Below, one piece after another: positions 58,073 to 64,000 of a DNA stretch of 64,000 nucleotides. The position numbers and the translations under genes were made by a program. Within the stretch, counting starts at the first letter, position 1, and the number at the start of each line of letters is the position of its first letter. The DNA comes from Somniosus microcephalus. Taxonomy: Eukaryota. A model generated the notes under the pieces. That model did no database searches. It was not told the origin of the DNA and was given only the letters and a program-made list of their open reading frames with translations. The DNA lies in contig CM126211.1 in NCBI GenBank assembly GCA_052327205.1, positions 115,382,001 to 115,446,000 of the forward strand, in the 5' to 3' direction.

Positions 58073-60047
58073 CTACCGTTGTGACAATTTGTGCAGAATT
58101 TTCCTCTTGCATGTGCCCATATGTGGTGCCTCCCCTGTGGCTTCAGCAGATGTGGAGGCCCCTTGCTCACTTTGCTGCTGCTCCTGTCTCGACACCTTTG
58201 GCGGGCGTCCTCTGGGGTGGCGAGCCTGTGAGGGCTCGTCAACAGCCTGCTGCTCCTGCAGCTGTGCAGGGGTTGTGACACCTATCTCACTTGGGTGTGG
58301 ACTGCGGTGGGGCTCTGACTGAGGGCTCTGCAGTGACATGGAAGTGTGAGCGCTTGGAGAGGAGCCCCCACTTCCTTGAGGTCTGACACCAACCTCCCTC
58401 TCATGGGTCAGGTCCCCCTCAGCGCCTGCAAGTGGCTGGAGAGCACCTTGCTGCACATCAGGGGGGCCATGAGTCCTACTCAGAAAGACTTCCATGAAGG
58501 TCTGGTTTCTCTGTTCAATAGATGCCCATCGCTCCTCAAGAGATGTCATTCTATTCTGAACAATGACCATGTTTTCCATACCCTGGCGACTAAGCTCTTT
58601 CATGGCCGTAGCCATCCTCTCCTCTACGGTAGCCAGCCTTACCATGGAGGTATCCATCCTTTCCACAGAGGTGGCCATCCTTTCCGTGGTGATGCGTTCT
58701 TGCACCAATGACTCCACAAAGGCTCTGGTCATGTTCGCTATGGACTCCTCCATTCGCTCCACACTCGCAGCAACCCTAGAGACAAAACCTGCCAGAGACT
58801 CCTGCATCTGTGCCTGGAGTTCCATCACCACTGATCTCATGGATGGACCCAGAGGCAGAGGGTCGACATGCTGCTGAGCCGAGCTGGCAGAGTCCTGTGC
58901 CCTCCGACTAGGACTCTCCACTGCTGCCCGTCTCCACAATCTGCTGATGCTCACTTGTGAGCTGTGATACACCAGGTGGCAACACTACTCTGTGTCCCGA
59001 AGGTCCCACCGAGGTGTGAGTGTCTGCGCTGGTGCTGGGTGCGCAGAATTCTGGTGACGCTGTGCCCTCAGAGTTTGCAGCTTCTTCTGAGGAGTCTGGC
59101 TTCTCAGCCTCTTCTTCCTGGCTAGGGGGGCGGATGCTTGTGATGGTCCTGTGGGGGAGTAAAGGAAAGAGTCAGAGATGTGATGCCAAGGCTACATGCA
59201 CATTCCTTTTTGCAGATGCACATAAGTCCATCTGTTAGAGCTTCACAATCATTATCAGCGACTTATGCAATGTCAAAGAGAGAGATGGGAAACTTTTCTG
59301 TCACCATCATTCTGTGTTGCACCCTTCTGTCCATCCCCCACTTGCGCATCCTCCTCGATTCTCACTATTTCCAGTATTGCCTCCTCCCAGGGGGTCAGGT
59401 GGGCTATTGAGGCTGTCCCTCCTCCTGTCCTCGCTCGCTCTCTTTTGTTGTGAGCTCTCTTTTCCTGCAATGAGGGAGACAAGTGGAGGTTGAGTGAGAA
59501 TGAAGGAATGAGTGTAGAGATTGCATAGCATAGATACTTAGAAGGAGACAAAACTGGAGTGAGGTTGCAAGACCGAGGGCCCTCCCTGTGTGTTGTCAGT
59601 TGTGTTCAAAGCATCACAGTGATAGGGTGTGTGAGGGCTGCATGGTCGAATAGTTATGTGAATATGACCATAGAGAGAAAGGGATTGGGTAAGGGTGCAT
59701 GGATGTCAGTGTCAAGTGGGATGTGGAGGAAGAGATTGCTAAAGCTGAGTGCTGGTGAGGAAAGGCAATGGGGATCAGATTGAGGGTGATGGGAAATTCA
59801 TACTCACTTTTCCAGTGCGCTGAAGGTCATGAAATCTTTTCTGGCACTGAATCCACGTTCTTCATGTGACTCCCAAGGAGTTGACCGCCTCAGCCGCCTG
59901 CAACCATACTGCCTTAGTCTGCTTGGGAGGCCTCTTCCTCCCTGAGGAAGGGAAGAGCACCTCCCTGTTGGCCCTAGCCCCATCCACCAATGCCTGCAGG
60001 GCCACCTCGTCGAAGCGAGGAGCTGATCTGGGCCTCCCGCTTGTCAT
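58073..60047 (-). pseudogene. Three-exon Myb/SANT gene of H
   Basis: Exon 1 60047-59808 (APRFDEVALQALV...QCQKRFHDL, TGA at 59862), exon 2 from 59464 (EKRAHNKRERARTGGG), exon 3 from ~59148 with a coiled-coil-like region. Confidence 0.85.
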
Positions 60048-61711
60048 CCTTGTTGAAGGTCCCTCTCACACCAAACGGAGAAAGCTTGGCAGCCTGCAGA
60101 AGAAGCAAGGCTTGCTGTAGACCTTAAATGCAGCAGCAATGATGACATAATCGGAGGAGTCTTTCAGTCATGAAAAACCCATTTGCCAATGGTTCCCACA
60201 CGTTGGAAATCAATTGGACCATTAAGTTAAAATTGCATCAATCTCCCACATCCATTTAGATTTGGGTGGATAACGTGAAATGCAGCTAACACGACACCAT
60301 CCCGCACCCGAGTTAAAATCCAGCCCAAAATCTGCCATGAAGCAGCGTAATCAGGCAGCGATTTAAAACATAATTTTTTTAATAAAAATCTTGCTTTAAA
60401 AATATTTCAGAGTTGTAACTTGGTGCAGTTTTAGTAATACAGCTGATAATGGGTTTATCACAAAAAATAAACATTTTTAATTCGTGTCAATCATGCACCT
60501 GTGAGTAACCCGATTTTAAAATACTGAAAATGACTTTAAAAAAATGTACAGAACCATTTGTTGGTTATATTAGGTTTCAGTAGTCAGTTTCTTAATAGAT
60601 TAAAACAAAATTACATTCAAAAGCTTTTAAAACACACGTGTTAGTGTCTTTGTGCCCAAAAGAACCAGCTTAATTATTAGTGCTTCCTCGAAGGCCTGCA
60701 AACGAGCCCAATTAGTGAAAACTCCCAAAAGTGATTAATTCAGCCTGGGGGCATGGCCAGTTTTGTGGGCGGGGCCTGCTTCCAGCATGATGTTTTTAAA
60801 ATTAGTGCAAAAGATCACGGAAACTTTATTTGCGCTGAATGTAATCTGCGCTTAAAATTCCGCGATCATTTACGAGGTTTACGCCAATTTCGAGCGAATT
60901 GCGCCGAAAAAACCAGCGCAACCGAGCAGCAACTCTACCCCTAGCTGTAAATGGAATAGCATGTGTTTTCTTAGACTTCATGATGTTTCCAGCATTATGT
61001 GCCTTGAATTTTTTAACAATTCATTTCCCTTGTTAATGATGAAAACATGTTGGTATTCCCTCATTTGTGTGATAAAGTGGCACAAAACACACATTTACAC
61101 TAAAATATCTTTCAAATATTCCTTAAACTGTTCCTTCTATTGCTTGAAAAATGAAATAAATATTAGAAGAATTCCAAATTTTGCAGAAATGTTCTTCTTT
61201 CTGTTGGGGCCAGGTGATGTTTTATTGTTCTTTGACTGGGCATATTTTACTGTCAGAGTAGTATATGTATTTTCCTCTTCCTTCTTTGTAAAATTGTCCT
61301 TTTTGAGATATTGCAATCCTTATGTCCAATCAGTTTGGCATCATCTTCCAGTACTGTCAGCACAAGGTCTAAATTTATTTTTATTTTTGTAACCATTTTA
61401 ATAACTTTTATGATCTGTATTTCAATGTCATTTGCTAGGGGGTGGTCCTAATGGATAAATAATTCCCAATCCTATTAGAACCTGAAGAAAAAATTGACAA
61501 ACTGAGGTTTGGTTCTAAAACCAACACCAGTGGTCAAATTTACAGCTGACCTGTGCAATAAATATAATAGAAAATGGATGAGAATCAAAATACTTTACTC
61601 TCTGGTGTTGAAAAACAACAACAAATTGATTGGACATAAACATTTTAGTTTTGAGGATTGGGGCAGGCAGGTTTTGACTCCTTGGAAAAATAGTAGTAAT
61701 CTAATTCTAAC

Positions 61712-61808
61712 AATGGGCAGACAAATGGCAGATGGAATTTAATACAGAGAAGTGTGAGGTGATGCATTTTGGCAGAAGGAACAGGGAGAGGCAATATACA
61801 CTTAATGG
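61712..61808 (+). mobile_element. CR1 RT fragment
   Basis: Peptide WADKWQMEFNTEKCEVMHFGRRNRERQYTLNG. Confidence 0.8.
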
Positions 61809-62106
61809 TGTGGCAAAGCCACCAAGGGACTCCTGTATAACTGTATAACTGCCTTTAACAAGAGTGCTACAGCACCTAAGTTGTTTATGTAAATAACCAG
61901 TTCTGGGTAGGTCCCAGAACCAGCGCGATGACGTCATCACGTTGGTCACGTGACGTCCCGAACGGCGGGAAACGTGATGACGTTATGACGTCAGACTGGG
62001 AGGTTCCCAGCTCAAAGCTCGTGAAGCCAGCATTAAGAAAAGACCTGTTGATTGTTTCTCCTGCATACCATTGTTTGTTCTCTAGTTTATGTAATGATCA
62101 ATAACA
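61809..62106 (+). mobile_element. LTR-like sequence
   Basis: TGT...ACA ends, dense ACGT-core motifs, adjacent to a Gypsy pol remnant; no TSD found. Confidence 0.45.
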
Positions 62107-62237
62107 TGTCATTCTAGAGTGGTACACTAGATGGAGCCATAGAGCTGTATAGAGCTGTATATTTAGTTGTATGTGTTTAAGACTACACTACCCACGATGC
62201 ACTAGGCAACCCACAAGGCAGTAGTCAAGATGGCTGA

Positions 62238-62845
62238 CAACCACACCTGTACTCACTTTCTTTGACCCGACAAAGAGAATCAAAGTGTCAATGGATGCAT
62301 CAAAGGATGGCCTAGGCGCGGTCTTGCTACAAGCAGAGGGTGAAGATTGGAAGCCTGTTGCCTATGCCTCCAGGTCTATGACTGATACTGAGTGTCGATA
62401 CGCCCAGATTGAAAAGGAATGTCTAGGCTTGGTAGTTGGATTAGAAACTATATGGCTACATATATGGACTTCCCACCTTCACAGTTGAGACAGACCACAG
62501 CCCATTGGTTGCCATCATGAAAAAAAATCTGAATGAGATGTCTCCAAGGATTCAACGACTCATGATGAAGCTGCAAAGATATGACTTTGAACTGATCTAC
62601 ACACCAGGCAAATACATAGTGTTAGCAGATGCACTATCCAGAGCACCCACAATGAATCAAGTGAGCTCTACTGAAGAAGACGTGGATGTTCATGTGAGTA
62701 TGGTCACTGCTGCGCTGCCCATGTCAGACACAAAATCAAAGCAAATAGCAGAAGAAACAGTAAAAGATACAGTGTTACAAACAATAATAGAGAACATTCA
62801 TCATGGTTGGCCAAAAGGTTCCTGTCCAAAATACTATCACATAAG
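62238..62845 (+). pseudogene. Gypsy pol fragment (RNase H region) of a different family
   Basis: DASKDGLGAVLLQ...PVAYASRSMT...YAQIEKE and ADALSR motifs; frameshifted. Confidence 0.85.
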
Positions 62846-64000
62846 AAATAACAACAGAAAATGCTGGAAAAACTCAGCAGGTCAGGCAACATCCGTGGAG
62901 AGAAATTTGAGTTGACGTTTCGGGTTGGACCCTTCTTCAAAACTGGAAAGAAAAGAAACTAGATCGGAGGCAGGGCTGCGATCGGACAAAAGAATAAAAG
63001 AAACAAACGAAGTAAAAGAGATTAGAAGCTAGGCGAGATAGTAATAGGCTGGGATTAGGTGTAAAGTGTACTGGCAGGGCAAAAGATAGCTGCCGGGTGT
63101 GAGAGAGAAACAAAAGGAAAGGTGGGGGGGGGGGGGAAAAGGAGTGGAACAATTACAAGAGAAAATGAAATGGGGGCCGAGCTAATGATCTGAAATTGAA
63201 CTCGATATTGTGTCCGGAAGGCTGCAGACTGCCTAATCGGAAGATGAGGTGCTGTTCCTCGAGTTTACGTTGAGCTTCCGTGGAACAATACAAGAGGCCA
63301 AGGACGGTGAGGTCCGAGTGGGAATGGAGCGGTGAATTAAAATGACAGGCGACCGGAAGCTCGGGGTCACCCTTACGGACTGAACGGAGGTGTTCCGCAA
63401 AGCGGTCACCCAATCTGCGTTTGGTCTCCCCAATGTAGAGGAGACCGCATCGTGAGCAGCGAATACAGTATACTAGATTGCGAGAAGTACAAGTAAATCA
63501 CTGTTTCACCTGGAAGGGGTGTTTGGGGCCCTGGACAGTGGGAAGGGGGGAGGTATAGGGGCAGGTGTTACATCTCCTCCGCTTGCACGGGAAGGTGCCA
63601 GGCGAAGAGGAAGGGCTGTTTGGGGTGATAGAGGAGTGGACTAGGGTGTCTCGGAGGGAGCGGTCCCTGCGGAATGCTGAAAGGGGAGGGGAGGGGAAGA
63701 TACGTTTGGTGGTGGGATCACTTTGGAGGTAGCGGAAATGCCGGAGGATGATCCGTTGACTGTGGAGGCTGGTGGGGTGAAAGGTGAGGACAAGGGGAAC
63801 CCTATCGTGGTTTCGGGAGGGAGGGGCAGGGGTGAGGGCAGAAGTGCGGGAGATAGAACTGACACGGTCGAGGGCAGTGTCACCCACAGTAGAGGGGAAT
63901 CCTCGGTTGCGGAAAAAGGAAGACATGTCTGAAGCACTGGTGTGGAAGGTGGCGTCGTCGGAGCAGATACGGCGGAGGCGGAGAAACTGGGAGAATGGAA
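62846..64000 (-). mobile_element. Penelope-like element 3' part (GIY-YIG endonuclease plus terminal repeat), runs off the window
   Basis: LVYCIRCSRCGLLYIGETKRRLGDRFAEH GIY-YIG motif; CKRRRCNTC linker; RVPLVLTFHP; stop at 63498. Confidence 0.9.
62910..62944 (-). ncRNA. Degenerate minimal hammerhead ribozyme of the Penelope repeat
   Basis: Minus strand AGTT-TTGAAGA-A-GGGT-CCA-ACCC-GAAA-CGTC-AACT; first core C replaced by T. Confidence 0.65.

Larger units (their letters stand above)
51669..60326 (+). mobile_element. Two-gene Harbinger transposon (element H) with a nested Gypsy
   Basis: TIRs GGGCTCGATTTT / AAAATCCAGCCC; TSD AAA. Confidence 0.92.
51561..60940. mobile_element. AT-rich MITE split by element H
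   Basis: Ends GGGTAGATTT / AACTCTACCC; flanks ATA/CTA; uninterrupted paralog at 7667-8385. Confidence 0.8.

Overview
Eukaryotic, gene-poor and almost entirely transposon-derived DNA. The Deu-domain tRNA-SINEs, CR1 LINEs and Penelope element point to a cartilaginous fish (inference). No host gene, rRNA, tRNA or CRISPR array is supportable. The window is dominated by PIF/Harbinger DNA transposons: four two-gene elements (DDE transposase plus a convergent three-exon Myb/SANT gene, all with lesions), several internally deleted derivatives, and about ten GC-rich MITEs with ~12-bp TIRs and 3-bp TSDs. It also holds two young full-length Gypsy elements (one intact 1276-aa gag-pol with identical LTRs), a solo LTR, a CR1 with an intact 972-aa ORF2, and RTE, L2-like and Penelope fragments. 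Four observations stand out. (1) Harbinger elements sit in consecutive 8-bp units of the CR1 3'-tail repeat (ATAGAGTC)n, forming tandem trains joined by an 11-bp ATAGA(G/A)TCATA linker at two loci. (2) Both Gypsy elements lack a tRNA PBS; instead a covarying 13-nt sequence is complementary to their own LTR AATAAA region, and both carry a YLDN RT motif. (3) Two transposase-less derivatives keep intact spliced, C-terminally truncated Myb ORFs. (4) One of those derivatives has captured a Penelope-type hammerhead ribozyme. All coordinates were read by eye.
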